Origin: an uncultured Erysipelotrichaceae bacterium
Lineage (GTDB): Bacteria > Bacillota_I > Bacilli_A > Erysipelotrichales > Erysipelotrichaceae
DNA length: 64,000 nucleotides
Reading direction: 5' to 3'
Assembly (NCBI GenBank): GCA_947167125.1
Contig: CAMVGT010000006.1
Location: 14,191 to 78,190 of the forward strand
Below, one piece after another: positions 1 through 10,172 of the stretch. The notes below the pieces were generated by a model, which saw only the letters and a program-made list of their open reading frames with translations, ran no database searches and had not been told where the DNA came from. Within the stretch, counting starts at the first letter, position 1. Every line of letters begins with the position of its first letter. The translations under genes were made by a program, and so were the position numbers.

Positions 1-1075
1 CCATCCGGTCAGAATTCAGTTTGATGATGTCAGCCAGGAAGAAAGAACACAGCTTCTCAAACGTGTGGATGACGGCGCAAGAGCAGTGAGTGAAAAGATT
101 GTCAAAGTGCAGTCCTCTCTGCTCAATGTCAGACAGAATGTACAGATTTCCAACAGCACCGGCCGTCTGATTTCCGATACCCGCGTACGTACCAGAATCC
201 GTGCCAATGCCTATGCGCAGGAAGGCGATAAGATGCAGAGCGGCTTCTATGGACCCGGTGCCGGCATGGGACTGGAATTCTATGAAACAACGGTACCCGA
301 AGAAATCGGCAGGGAAGCAGCCCGCACCGCGCTGGTCAATCTGAACGCCATCGACTGCCCGTCCGGAAAAATGCCGGTTGTAATCGATAACGGATTCGGC
401 GGCGTCATTTTCCATGAGGCATGCGGCCATGCGCTGGAAGCGACTTCAGTTGCCAGAAACCAGTCCGTCTTTGCCGGCAAACTCGGTACAAAGATCGCAA
501 ACACGTGTGTCAGCGCCGTGGATGACGGAACCATTGTGAATGCATGGGGATCCCAGAATATCGATGATGAAGGCAATTTCCAGCAGAGAAGACAGCTGAT
601 CAAAGACGGCATTCTCACTTCCTATATGATCGATACTTTGAATGCGAGAAGAATGAAGATGGAACCGACCGGCTCATCACGCAGACAGTCCTATCAGTAT
701 GAACCGACATCCAGAATGTCAAATACCTTTATCACCGAAGGCAATTCTTCTTTTGAAGAACTGTTTGAAGGAATTGAAAAAGGTCTTTATGCAAAGAGAA
801 TGGGCGGCGGCAGCGTCAATCCGCAGACCGGCGAATTTAACTTCTCGGTCATGGAAGGCTATCTGATTGAAAACGGAAAGATCACCGTTCCGGTCAAAGG
901 AGCTGCGCTCATCGGCAGCGGCAGCGAGATTCTCATGAATATCGAAAAGGTATGTTCCAATCTCAGCCGTTCCCAGGGCATGTGCGGTTCCGCCAGCGGT
1001 TCGATTCCGACCGATGTCGGCCAGCCGGCAATCCTTGTCTCATCGATTACAGTCGGAGGTACGTCCAATGGATAA
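1..1075 (+). CDS. tldD: TldD family metalloprotease (5'-truncated by window edge)
   Basis: Frame open from base 2. Motifs GGVIFHEACGHALE (HExxxH), D+EG, SRMSNT and C-terminal GMCGSASGSIPTDVGQP. Confidence 0.93.
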   Translation, partial: HPVRIQFDDVSQEERTQLLKRVDDGARAVSEKIVKVQSSLLNVRQNVQISNSTGRLISDTRVRTRIRANAYAQEGDKMQSGFYGPGAGMGLEFYETTVPEEIGREAARTALVNLNAIDCPSGKMPVVIDNGFGGVIFHEACGHALEATSVARNQSVFAGKLGTKIANTCVSAVDDGTIVNAWGSQNIDDEGNFQQRRQLIKDGILTSYMIDTLNARRMKMEPTGSSRRQSYQYEPTSRMSNTFITEGNSSFEELFEGIEKGLYAKRMGGGSVNPQTGEFNFSVMEGYLIENGKITVPVKGAALIGSGSEILMNIEKVCSNLSRSQGMCGSASGSIPTDVGQPAILVSSITVGGTSNG

Positions 1076-2390
1076 AAACAGATGGTTTGCCTGCGCAAAA
1101 GAAGCAGGATTTGAAAGCTTTGAAATCTATCAGCTGCTGAATGAAGAAAGAAGCTTCACATGGTTTGAAGGGGAACTGGATTCCTATGTGACTTCGCATG
1201 TTCTCGGAACTGCGTTCCGCGGCGTGATTGATTCCAAAATGGTTAACGCGTCCAGTGAAGATACTTCGGATGATCAGATGGAAGATGTTATTGCGTCCAT
1301 GAAACAGCAGGCGCAGATGATTTCCAATGAAGAAAAAGCAGATCTGAGGAAGCCGGAAGAAATCAAACAGGAAGACAAGCAGATACCGGTGTCCGCAAAT
1401 GCCGATGTCATCCGCGCACTGCTTGGCGAAACGGAAAAGAAAATCCTCGCTTTTGATGAAAGAATCTTCCAGGTGACGGATCTGGTATATGAAGAAAGCA
1501 GAACAATCCGTACCATCGTCAATACCTATGGCATGGATCTGAAGGAAGTATCCGGCATCAATGTTCTGGTTGCCGGAGCTGCCGCAAAAGAAAATGAAGA
1601 GATCCGCAACCACTATGAATTTGAACCGGTGGATGATGCGGCTTCATTTGACAGCGATGATTTTGTGAAGCAGCTCTGCGAAAAGACGGTCGGAAAACTC
1701 GGCGCTTCAACTCCTGCTTCCGGGGAATATCCTGTGATCATTGAACGCGGCGCATTCACACAGCTTTTCGGCGCTTACAGTTCAATGTTCTGCGGCGATG
1801 CCTTCCGCAAAGGCATTTCTCCTTTATGCGGAAAGCTGAATGAAAAGATCTTTTCCGAAGAGATCGAAATCATCGATGATCCCAATGATTCCAGAGCCGT
1901 TCAGCGCTATGCATTTGATGATGAAGGCTGTCCTGCAAAGCGCAAGACGGTTGTCGAAAAAGGCGTGCTGAAAACCATTCTTCATGATGAAACAACAGCA
2001 CGCGCAGCGGGAACTGAAAGCACCGGCAACGGCTTCCGTTCCGGCTATTCCACACCGGTTGACGCAAGAGTCATGAATTTCGGAATTGAAAACGGTCCGC
2101 ATACACCTGATGAACTGATGGCAATCATCCATAACGGTATCCTGATCACCGATTTTGCCGGACTTCATGCCGGTCTCAATCATGTGACAGGCGACTTCTC
2201 GCTGCAGTGTTCCGGCTATGCAGTAAAAGACGGAAAGAAAGCGGAAGGACTGACTCTGTTCACTGCTGCCGGCAATATCATTTCATTGCTTGACCATGTG
2301 ACAGCCATCGGCAATGACCGCAGATGGGGAGCTGGTTCTGTTTCCTGTCCGAGCATTGCGTTTGAATCTCTTTCCATCAGCGGAAGCTGA
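1068..2390 (+). CDS. pmbA: PmbA/TldE family protein
   Basis: ATG 1068 overlaps the tldD stop and follows GGAGG. Has FDDEG motif, GLH-x-G...GDFS, and a C-terminal PSI motif. Confidence 0.9.
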   Translation: MDKNRWFACAKEAGFESFEIYQLLNEERSFTWFEGELDSYVTSHVLGTAFRGVIDSKMVNASSEDTSDDQMEDVIASMKQQAQMISNEEKADLRKPEEIKQEDKQIPVSANADVIRALLGETEKKILAFDERIFQVTDLVYEESRTIRTIVNTYGMDLKEVSGINVLVAGAAAKENEEIRNHYEFEPVDDAASFDSDDFVKQLCEKTVGKLGASTPASGEYPVIIERGAFTQLFGAYSSMFCGDAFRKGISPLCGKLNEKIFSEEIEIIDDPNDSRAVQRYAFDDEGCPAKRKTVVEKGVLKTILHDETTARAAGTESTGNGFRSGYSTPVDARVMNFGIENGPHTPDELMAIIHNGILITDFAGLHAGLNHVTGDFSLQCSGYAVKDGKKAEGLTLFTAAGNIISLLDHVTAIGNDRRWGAGSVSCPSIAFESLSISGS

Positions 2391-2402
2391 ACACACTGAG
2401 TG

Positions 2403-2431
2403 AAACATCTGCGCTCAGCAGGTGTTTTTTT
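2403..2431 (+). terminator. Intrinsic terminator after pmbA
   Basis: AAACATCTGC-gctca-GCAGGTGTTT stem followed by a T-run. Confidence 0.75.
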
Positions 2432-2476
2432 AACCTTTGCTGACGCAAGGAAACAACTGTGATTTTCTTTGCGGAA

Positions 2477-2485
2477 TGATATAAT
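2477..2485 (+). promoter_or_regulatory. Extended -10 promoter (TGaTATAAT) of lepB
   Basis: TG at 2477-2478, TATAAT at 2480-2485, 9 nt before ATG 2495. Confidence 0.65.
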
Positions 2486-2494
2486 AAACTACAT

Positions 2495-3265
2495 ATGGAA
2501 AACGAAAGAAAAGACATATTTGAGACACCGTCTCAGGATGATACACAGGATCTCGGATTTCTTGCGGAAACCAGCGTGCTGGAAAAACTTGCCGAAGGGG
2601 AAAATAAACCCGAAGAGCAGAATCTTTCCGAAACGCAGGTATTTGAAAAGCTGACGGAATCCGAAACAAAGCCTGCCGAAAAAGAAAAGCAGAACAAGAA
2701 AGACAGTACAAAGAAGGAAAGCTTCCGCTCTTCCGCACTCAGGGAAGTGCTGCTGTTCTTCCGCGATCTGGCTGTTTCGCTTGCGGCAGTGCTGCTGATT
2801 GTAAACTTTGTGCTCCGTCCGATTCAGGTCAAGGGAAGCTCCATGTATCCGAATCTGATCGACGGATCGTTCGGCGTTTCCAATCTGCTCGGCTACAACA
2901 TGGACGGCGTACGCCGCTTTGATATTGTGATTATTCATGAAGATTCCAAAAATGAATATCTTGTCAAACGCTGTGTCGGACTTCCCGGAGAAACAGTTTC
3001 CTACCGTAACGGTATTCTCTATATCAACGGCGAACCGATGGAAGAAGAATTCCTCGATACGGAATACAGGGACACGTATGACGGCGAGTTCATGGAGGAT
3101 GTGGAAGAAATCACACTGGGCGAAAATGAATATTACTGTCTTGGCGACAACCGGCCCCGTTCCACCGATTCCCGGTATTACGGACCGTTCGAAAAGGATC
3201 AGATCGTATCCAAGGGAGCCTTTATTCTCTTCCCGTTCTCTGCTTTCGGAGCTGCTTCATGGTAA
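2495..3265 (+). CDS. lepB: Signal peptidase I with acidic N-terminal extension
   Basis: One TM segment, GSSMYPNL (catalytic Ser), YLVKRCVGLPGE (catalytic Lys), GDNRPRSTDSRYYG. Confidence 0.95.
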   Translation: MENERKDIFETPSQDDTQDLGFLAETSVLEKLAEGENKPEEQNLSETQVFEKLTESETKPAEKEKQNKKDSTKKESFRSSALREVLLFFRDLAVSLAAVLLIVNFVLRPIQVKGSSMYPNLIDGSFGVSNLLGYNMDGVRRFDIVIIHEDSKNEYLVKRCVGLPGETVSYRNGILYINGEPMEEEFLDTEYRDTYDGEFMEDVEEITLGENEYYCLGDNRPRSTDSRYYGPFEKDQIVSKGAFILFPFSAFGAASW

Positions 3266-4131
3266 AAGTACAGTGGTATCCCGGCCATATGGAAAAGGCC
3301 AGGAGGCAGATGACAGAACGGCTGAAGGCAGTCGACCTGATCATCGAACTGCGTGATGCCCGAATTCCGGAAGCCTCCACCAATCCGATGCTGAATATGA
3401 TGGCGCAGGGAAAACCGCGCCTGATTGTTCTTGCCAAAACCGATATGGCCGATCCGGAACAGACGGAAAAATGGGTGAAGGCATTAAAGAAAGAAAACCA
3501 GTCGTGTCTGGCGCTGGATCTGATGCGGGACAATTCCTGCGGCAAAAAGATCATCCGCGAAGCACTTGCATTAATGAAGCCCAAGCGCGATAAGCAGAGG
3601 GCCAGAGGCATCAATCCGCGTGCTGTAAGAGCGATGGCATGCGGCATTCCCAATGTCGGAAAAAGCACGATGATCAACCGGATCGCCGGCAAAAATACTG
3701 CCAAGGCGGCAGATAAGCCGGGTGTGACCAGGAGCCTGACATGGATCCATGCCGATCCTCAGCTCGAGCTTCTTGATACACCGGGCGTATTATGGCCGAA
3801 GTTTGATGATGAACTGACCGGATCGCTGCTGGCGGCGCTCGGTTCGATCAATGATGATATCCTGGACCGCAAGATGATTGCGATGGACGCGGTTCATGTC
3901 ATTCAGGATCTTTATCCCGGCAGACTGGAAGAAATCTATGAATCCGGCGAAGTCAATCCCAACGGGATGCTGAAGGCAATTGCCGCAAAGCGCAATCTTG
4001 TCAGGGAAAACAGCGAACCGGATACCAAGCGGGCAGCGGAGCTGTTCCTCAATGAACTGCGGAAGGGAAGACTCGGAAGACTGAGTCTGGAACATGTATA
4101 TGCCGAAGACAGTCAGAACGACACCGAATGA
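3259..4131 (+). CDS. rbgA: Ribosome biogenesis GTPase RbgA/YlqF
   Basis: QWYPGHM N-terminus, GIPNVGKST, LLDTPG. Confidence 0.96.
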   Translation: MVKVQWYPGHMEKARRQMTERLKAVDLIIELRDARIPEASTNPMLNMMAQGKPRLIVLAKTDMADPEQTEKWVKALKKENQSCLALDLMRDNSCGKKIIREALALMKPKRDKQRARGINPRAVRAMACGIPNVGKSTMINRIAGKNTAKAADKPGVTRSLTWIHADPQLELLDTPGVLWPKFDDELTGSLLAALGSINDDILDRKMIAMDAVHVIQDLYPGRLEEIYESGEVNPNGMLKAIAAKRNLVRENSEPDTKRAAELFLNELRKGRLGRLSLEHVYAEDSQNDTE

Positions 4132-4729
4132 TTTTGAACACGATGCCTGGTCCGCCGGGCATCTGCTTTTAGGAATCGATGAAGCCGGCAGGGGACCTCT
4201 GGCCGGTCCTTTGACGGTAGCAGGCGTCATCTTTGAACCAGGATATGAAAATCCGCTGATTTATGATTCAAAGGGCCTTTCCGAAAAGAAGCGGGAAATG
4301 CTCTATGAAATCATCAAGGAAGACGCATTGTGGTTTCAGATTGTACAGGTTTCAGAAGCCGACATCGACCGCTATGATATTTATCATGCCGATCAAATGG
4401 CAATGGCCGCGATCGCTATGGAAGCCCCGGAAGCCATCGTTGTCACGGACGCGATGCCGCTGGATCTTGCACAGCGTACTGTCTATCATCCTGTCAAAGG
4501 CGATCAGAAATCGGTATCTGTCGCAGCTGCTTCGATTCTTGCCAAGGTGACGCGTGACAGAACGATGCTGATGTATGATGAGATCTGGCCGCAGTACGGA
4601 TTTGCCAAAAACAAAGGCTATCCGACAAAAGCGCATCTCGACGCAATCCGCGAGTACGGAATCACTGAGATCCACCGCCGATCCTTCGGACCGGTCCGCG
4701 CTGTACAGCAGAAACTGGATCTTTTTTGA
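4094..4729 (+). CDS. rnhB: Ribonuclease HII (start 4094 or 4100)
   Basis: GIDEAGRGPLAGP, DSK, SVAAASILAKVTRD, HRRSF. Confidence 0.96.
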   Translation: MYMPKTVRTTPNDFEHDAWSAGHLLLGIDEAGRGPLAGPLTVAGVIFEPGYENPLIYDSKGLSEKKREMLYEIIKEDALWFQIVQVSEADIDRYDIYHADQMAMAAIAMEAPEAIVVTDAMPLDLAQRTVYHPVKGDQKSVSVAAASILAKVTRDRTMLMYDEIWPQYGFAKNKGYPTKAHLDAIREYGITEIHRRSFGPVRAVQQKLDLF

Positions 4730-4805
4730 AAAAAATGAATTTTCTTGAAGAATTTTTGAGGATATCGGAAATTCGCTGAAATAAATAAGGCAGGAGGTCT
4801 TCAAA

Positions 4806-5564
4806 ATGGAAGAAAGAAAGAAACTCGCCTTATACGCATATAAATATGAAGGAAACTGGAACCGGATCTGTGAGGCGGTTGTTAACGGAGAAGAAGCGGT
4901 GGATCAGGAAATCAGGGAAAACTACATTACAATCCTTGATGAAAACTATCCCCCGCAGCTCAGAGAACTGCGCAATCCGCCCTGGGTCCTTTTTTATTCG
5001 GGAAATATTTACCTTCTCAATGAACCGATGATCACGATCGTCGGCTCAAGAGTGCTGAATGAATACGGAGAACATGTGACGATCGAAAGCGCCGATGAAC
5101 TGAAAAAACGGTTTGTGCTTGTTTCCGGTCTTGCCAAAGGAGCAGATGCCCTGGTGCATCAGTGCGCACTGGAAAACGGCCATTCAATCGGGGTAATCGG
5201 ATGCGGTCTGAAAACAAGATATCCGAAGGAAAACAGCTATCTTTACGGCGTGATGGCAAAGCGCGATCTCATCTTAAGCGAATATCCGTTTCATACCGGT
5301 GTAAAAAAAGAACACTTCCCCTGGCGCAACCGTATCCTTGCGGCATTGGGACAGGCGGTTATTGTGACGGGAGCACGGTACCGCTCAGGAACCATGATCA
5401 CAGTCAATGAAGCACTGACTCTTTCCAGGGATATCTATACCTTTCCTTATCCTTATGAATCGCATGAGGGAGAGGGCTGCAATCAGCTGATTGCCGATGG
5501 GGCGAACATCATTTTTTCCCATAAGCAGCTGACGGAAATCCGTCCGAAACTGTCATTATGTTGA
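4806..5564 (+). CDS. dprA: DNA processing protein DprA/Smf
   Basis: PPWVLFY, IVGSR, VSGLAKGAD, FPWRNRILAAL; SD GGAGG. Confidence 0.93.
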   Translation: MEERKKLALYAYKYEGNWNRICEAVVNGEEAVDQEIRENYITILDENYPPQLRELRNPPWVLFYSGNIYLLNEPMITIVGSRVLNEYGEHVTIESADELKKRFVLVSGLAKGADALVHQCALENGHSIGVIGCGLKTRYPKENSYLYGVMAKRDLILSEYPFHTGVKKEHFPWRNRILAALGQAVIVTGARYRSGTMITVNEALTLSRDIYTFPYPYESHEGEGCNQLIADGANIIFSHKQLTEIRPKLSLC

Positions 5565-5623
5565 AACTTTGATTTTTTTACGCTATTCTTTGTATCGTTC
5601 ACTTTATGTATGGAGATGAAACT

Positions 5624-7705
5624 ATGAAGAATCTTGTCATTGTAGAGTCGCCGTCCAAATCCAAAACGATCGCGAAATACCTCGGAACCGGCTATACCGT
5701 CGTTTCCAGCAAGGGCCATATCCGCGATCTTGCAATCAAGGGAAAGGACGGACTCGGAGTAGATACCGAAAATGATTTCGAACCGACTTATGTCGTTTCA
5801 AAAGATAAAACCGATACGGTAAAAGAACTCAGAAGCCAGGCTGCCAAAGCAGAGCATGTCTTTCTGGCAACCGACCCGGACCGTGAAGGGGAAGCGATCA
5901 GCTGGCATCTTGCCCAGGAACTCGGACTTGATGAAAATGCCAATGACCGCGTCACATTCCATGAAATCACCAAGAACGCGGTAACCGAAGCATTTGCCAA
6001 TCCCCGTGCCATCGATATGGATCTGGTCCATTCTCAGGAAACCAGACGCATTCTCGACCGCATGATCGGCTTCAAGCTTTCCAAGCTGCTCAATTCCAAA
6101 ATCCGCTCCAAATCCGCCGGCCGTGTTCAGTCGGTCGCACTGAAGCTGATTGTGGAAAGAGAAAAGGAAATCCGCGCATTTATCCCGCAGGAATACTGGA
6201 CAGTGGAAGCGGCTTTCACCAAAGACCGCAAGAAGTTCACTGCTTCTCTGACAAAGATCAACGGTGAAAAAGCGGAACTGCATACCGGTGAAGAGGCACA
6301 GAAGGTTCTTGACGCATGTCAGGACGCTTTCCGTGTTGCGGAAATCAAGACTGCGACCCGCAGGCGAGAGGCAAGACCTCCCTTCATCACCAGTACACTG
6401 CAGCAGGAAGCTTCGACAAAGCTTTCCTTCAGCGCCAAGCGCACAATGTCAATTGCCCAGCGTCTTTACGAAGGCATTGATGTCGGAAACGGCCAGGAAG
6501 GTCTGATCACCTATATGCGTACCGACTCCACCCGTCTTTCCGATGTGTTCATCCGCGACGCGCGCGATCTGATCACAGAAGAATACGGAAAGCAGTATCT
6601 CGGCCGTTATACCGTAAAGAATGACGCAAGCTCCCAGGACGCCCATGAAGCAATCCGTCCGACCAGTCTTGCCAATACACCGGAAAGGCTCAAGCCGTAT
6701 CTTTCCAGCGAGCAGTACAGGCTGTATAAAATGATTTACCAGAGAGCTCTGGCATCATTGATGGCAGCCGCGAAATATGATTCTCTGACTGTGATTCTTG
6801 AACAGTCCGGCTATGAATTCACAGCCCAGGGCAGCACGATGACATTCGACGGCTATCTGCGTGTCTACGGCGATTATGAAACCGGCAAGGATGTTCTTCT
6901 GCCGGCAATGAGCGAAGGCGAAATGATGAATGCGGATGAAGTAAAGAGCACCCAGCACTTCACCGAACCGCCTGCACGCTATACCGAAGCCAGACTGATC
7001 AAGGCGCTTGAAGAGGACGGCATCGGCAGACCGAGCACCTATGCGATGATCATCGATACCATCCAGGCCCGCGGCTATGTGAATCTTGAAAAGACAAGCG
7101 AGAAGAGCAGAACCAGAGTGTTCATCCCGACTGAGCAGGGTGAACTGACAGTTGAAAAGCTGGATGAATTCTTCTCCGATATCATCAATGTCCGCTATAC
7201 AGCGGAAATGGAAGACAAGCTCGATCAGATCGCGGAAGGCGAACTGAATGAGATCGAAACCCTGCGCAGCTTCTGGCAGCGCTTCATTCCGCTGGTCGAT
7301 AAAGCATATGCGGATATGGAAAAACTGCAGCCGGAAAAGGTCGGCGAGATCTGTCCGGAATGCGGAAGCGAACTTGTATACCGCAACGGCAGATACGGAA
7401 AATTCATCTCCTGTTCCAACTTCCCGTCATGCCGCTATACAAGAAAGATTGAAGTCAAGGAGAAGGAACAGCCTGAGCCGACCGGAAAGATGTGTCCGGA
7501 ATGCGGAAAGGAACTCCTGAAGAGAAAGAGCCGCTTCGGTACATACTTCCTCGGTTGTTCCGGATTCCCGAAATGCCATTACATGGAAAACCTGAACGGT
7601 GAGAAAATTGTCTCCCGCAAAGATAAGGCAAAAGCCGCAAAGGACGAGGATACTTCTGAAAAGAAGCCTGCCGCAAAGAGAACGCGCAGAAAGAAGGCCG
7701 CATGA
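5624..7705 (+). CDS. topA: DNA topoisomerase I with two C-terminal zinc ribbons
   Basis: [42 protein letters not shown] and two CPECG repeats. Start taken at MKNLV. Confidence 0.97.
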   Translation: MKNLVIVESPSKSKTIAKYLGTGYTVVSSKGHIRDLAIKGKDGLGVDTENDFEPTYVVSKDKTDTVKELRSQAAKAEHVFLATDPDREGEAISWHLAQELGLDENANDRVTFHEITKNAVTEAFANPRAIDMDLVHSQETRRILDRMIGFKLSKLLNSKIRSKSAGRVQSVALKLIVEREKEIRAFIPQEYWTVEAAFTKDRKKFTASLTKINGEKAELHTGEEAQKVLDACQDAFRVAEIKTATRRREARPPFITSTLQQEASTKLSFSAKRTMSIAQRLYEGIDVGNGQEGLITYMRTDSTRLSDVFIRDARDLITEEYGKQYLGRYTVKNDASSQDAHEAIRPTSLANTPERLKPYLSSEQYRLYKMIYQRALASLMAAAKYDSLTVILEQSGYEFTAQGSTMTFDGYLRVYGDYETGKDVLLPAMSEGEMMNADEVKSTQHFTEPPARYTEARLIKALEEDGIGRPSTYAMIIDTIQARGYVNLEKTSEKSRTRVFIPTEQGELTVEKLDEFFSDIINVRYTAEMEDKLDQIAEGELNEIETLRSFWQRFIPLVDKAYADMEKLQPEKVGEICPECGSELVYRNGRYGKFISCSNFPSCRYTRKIEVKEKEQPEPTGKMCPECGKELLKRKSRFGTYFLGCSGFPKCHYMENLNGEKIVSRKDKAKAAKDEDTSEKKPAAKRTRRKKAA

Positions 7706-8997
7706 AAAGGGCGGTCGTAGTCGGCGCCGGCTTAGCCGGGTGCGAAGCGGCATGGCAGCTTGCAAAGCGCGGAATTCAGGCCGAACTGATCGAAATGAAA
7801 CCGCTGAAGCGGTCGCCGGCTCATCACGCCGATACATTTGCGGAACTGGTATGTTCCAATTCCCTGCGCTCCGACGCGCTGACAAATGCCGTCGGACTGC
7901 TCAAGCAGGAAATGCGGGAAATCGGTTCCCTGATTATGGAATGCGCAGACGTGTGCAAAGTTCCTGCCGGCAGTGCCCTGGCGGTTGACCGCACACAGTT
8001 TTCGGAAATGGTGACGGAAAAGATCCGTTCCAATCCGCTCATTGAAGTGACCGCAAAGGAAGTGACGGAAATTCCGGAAGGACCGTGCGTCATTGCCAGC
8101 GGACCGCTGACATCCGACGCATTGGCAGAAGCGATGATGGAACTGATGGACCATGATTCCTGCTATTTCTATGATGCCGCGGCACCGATTGTGACCTATG
8201 AGTCCATCGATATGTCCAAGGCATACCGCAAATCCCGCTATGACAAGGGAAGTGCGGATTATATCAACTGTCCGATGACATTTGAAGAATTTGAAGCTTT
8301 CTATCAGGCGCTCATCACAGCTGAAACGGCAGAGCTTCATTCCTTTGAAAAAGAAGTTTATTTCGAAGGCTGCATGCCTTTTGAGGTCATGGCAAAAAGA
8401 GGCCGCGACACGCTGCTGTTCGGACCGATGAAACCGGTCGGACTGGAAATTGACGGACAGCGTCCATATGCCGTCGTACAGCTGAGACAGGACAATCAGG
8501 AAGGGACACTGTACAACATTGTCGGTTTCCAGACCCATCTCAAATGGGGTGAGCAGAAGCGGATTCTGCAGATGATTCCGGGACTGGAAAACTGTGAGAT
8601 CGTCCGCTATGGCGTCATGCACAGAAACACCTATATCAATTCCCCGAAATGGCTGAAGGAAACCTATCAGTTCCGTGACCGGGACGATCTGTTTTTCGCA
8701 GGTCAGATGACCGGAGTGGAAGGCTATATCGAATCGAGCGCTTCCGGCATGCTGGCGGGGATCAACCTTGCCCATGTGCTGAACAATGAAGAGCCCGTCA
8801 TGCCTTCTTCAAAAACCATGATCGGTGCGATGTCGCATTATATCAGCACCGGGGATCCCGAACATTTCCAGCCGATGAATGCCAATTTCGGCATTATGTA
8901 TCTCGAGGGAAAAGTGAAAAAGAAAGACCGCAAGGCAGCCTACGCCCCGCAGTCGCTGAGTCTGATCCGGGAGATGATTCAGGATGGCAGACTTTGA
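7702..8997 (+). CDS. trmFO: tRNA (uracil-5) methyltransferase TrmFO (Gid)
   Basis: [38 protein letters not shown]. Confidence 0.96.
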   Translation: MKRAVVVGAGLAGCEAAWQLAKRGIQAELIEMKPLKRSPAHHADTFAELVCSNSLRSDALTNAVGLLKQEMREIGSLIMECADVCKVPAGSALAVDRTQFSEMVTEKIRSNPLIEVTAKEVTEIPEGPCVIASGPLTSDALAEAMMELMDHDSCYFYDAAAPIVTYESIDMSKAYRKSRYDKGSADYINCPMTFEEFEAFYQALITAETAELHSFEKEVYFEGCMPFEVMAKRGRDTLLFGPMKPVGLEIDGQRPYAVVQLRQDNQEGTLYNIVGFQTHLKWGEQKRILQMIPGLENCEIVRYGVMHRNTYINSPKWLKETYQFRDRDDLFFAGQMTGVEGYIESSASGMLAGINLAHVLNNEEPVMPSSKTMIGAMSHYISTGDPEHFQPMNANFGIMYLEGKVKKKDRKAAYAPQSLSLIREMIQDGRL

Positions 8998-9910
8998 AAA
9001 ATCCCTGGAACGCTTTCTGGCGCTGCTGGCGCTGGAGAGGACAGGATCCAAAGATACAGACGATGCCTACCGCAGGGATATCCTGCGGTTTCTGAATTTC
9101 CTGGAAGAAAAGGGAATTGATGATTATGAAAAGGCGGACAGGGAAACGGTCAGTGAATACATCACTTTGCTGAGAAGCGGTGAGTTTTCCGGAAAGCCGC
9201 TGAGCGACGCGAGTTTCAGCCGCTCGCTTTCGGCTCTGAAATCCTTCTGGCGCTATCTCAATATCCATGAAGGCGTCGCAAACAATCCGGTGGCGATGTT
9301 CAAAGGCGGAAAAAACAGACGGCATCTGCCGGATTATCTCACATTCGATCAGATGGAGCAGCTTCTTGAAAGTTTTGATCTCAATACGCCGGCCGGCATC
9401 CGCGACCGCTGCATCCTTGAAACCATGTATGCATGCGGGCTGCGTGTGTCCGAATGCGCAGGTCTCAAAAAGATGGATGTGCGGATCAAAGACGGCTGGC
9501 TCAGTGTCATCGGAAAAGAAAACAAGGAGCGCATGGTTCCTTTCTATCCAAGGTGCGGCGAACTGATCGATCTTTATCTGCGCAATGCCAGACCGCAGTT
9601 TATGAAAGACGTTCCCGAACACGGCATTCTGTTTGTTTCGCAGAAAGGAAAGCCGATCACATCCAGATCGATCCAGATGATCTGTGAAAAAGCTTCTGAA
9701 AATGCCGGTCTCAGCATGCATGTCCATCCCCATATGATCCGCCATTCCTTCGCGACCCATCTGCTTGACAATGGGGCGGATCTCAGAATTGTGCAGGAAC
9801 TGCTCGGACATGAGAATCTTTCGACAACCCAGATTTATACGCATGTGACGCAGGACAGGCTGCAGAAAGTGGTGGATGAAGCCCATCCCCATTCCCGCAG
9901 CGCGAAGTAA
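8984..9910 (+). CDS. xerC: Chromosomal tyrosine recombinase XerC/CodV
   Basis: [47 protein letters not shown]; conserved topA-trmFO-xerC order. Confidence 0.88.
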   Translation: MADFEKSLERFLALLALERTGSKDTDDAYRRDILRFLNFLEEKGIDDYEKADRETVSEYITLLRSGEFSGKPLSDASFSRSLSALKSFWRYLNIHEGVANNPVAMFKGGKNRRHLPDYLTFDQMEQLLESFDLNTPAGIRDRCILETMYACGLRVSECAGLKKMDVRIKDGWLSVIGKENKERMVPFYPRCGELIDLYLRNARPQFMKDVPEHGILFVSQKGKPITSRSIQMICEKASENAGLSMHVHPHMIRHSFATHLLDNGADLRIVQELLGHENLSTTQIYTHVTQDRLQKVVDEAHPHSRSAK

Positions 9911-9917
9911 TTAGCTC

Positions 9918-9945
9918 TTGCAATCGCATGCCCATATGCTAGAAT
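9918..9945 (+). promoter_or_regulatory. Sigma-A promoter for the pyr leader
   Basis: TTGCAA 9918-9923, 16-nt spacer, TGc-TAGAAT 9937-9945. Confidence 0.7.
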
Positions 9946-10018
9946 ACTTCAGAACAGGAAAAGGACACTTTCATCGATATGGATATGTGCCTTTTTTTGG
10001 AAAGAGAAGGAGGCAGGC

Positions 10019-10114
10019 ATGAACCCAATTGCAGTCAGGTTCGATACACCGTATTCCGCAGTCGGCAATTCCGTATTTCATCCTGCGATTCTTTCCTGTT
10101 CATTCATCTTATGA
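10019..10114 (+). CDS. Putative 31-aa leader peptide MNPIAVRFDTPYSAVGNSVFHPAILSCSFIL upstream of pyrC
   Basis: AAGGAGG at 10007-10013, 5 nt before ATG 10019; TGA at 10112-10114. Too short for the ORF track. Confidence 0.6.
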   Translation: MNPIAVRFDTPYSAVGNSVFHPAILSCSFIL

Positions 10115-10120
10115 TTTTAT

Positions 10121-10152
10121 GACAGCAGTCTTTGGGACCGCTGTCTTTTTTT
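10121..10152 (+). terminator. Attenuator-like terminator directly upstream of pyrC
   Basis: GACAGCAGTC-tttgg-GACCGCTGTC followed by T7; 20 nt before the pyrC ATG. Confidence 0.85.
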
Positions 10153-10172
10153 GAACAGAAACGGAGGCGAAC

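Noticed and set aside
4730-4805. Shared competence-sigma motif upstream of dprA and radC (TGAAATA / TGAATA)
   Set aside because: Too short and AT-rich to distinguish from chance.
5540-5568. TTATGTTGAAA resembling the XerD arm of a dif site
   Set aside because: No matching XerC arm or correct spacer, and it lies within the dprA coding end.
8984-9910. Tyrosine recombinase as the integrase of a mobile element
   Set aside because: It sits in the conserved topA-trmFO-xerC housekeeping order, with no att repeats or cargo.
10126-10142. AGTCTTTGGGACC as a possible PyrR binding loop
   Set aside because: Does not fit ARUCCNGNGAGGYU; it is simply the loop region of the terminator.
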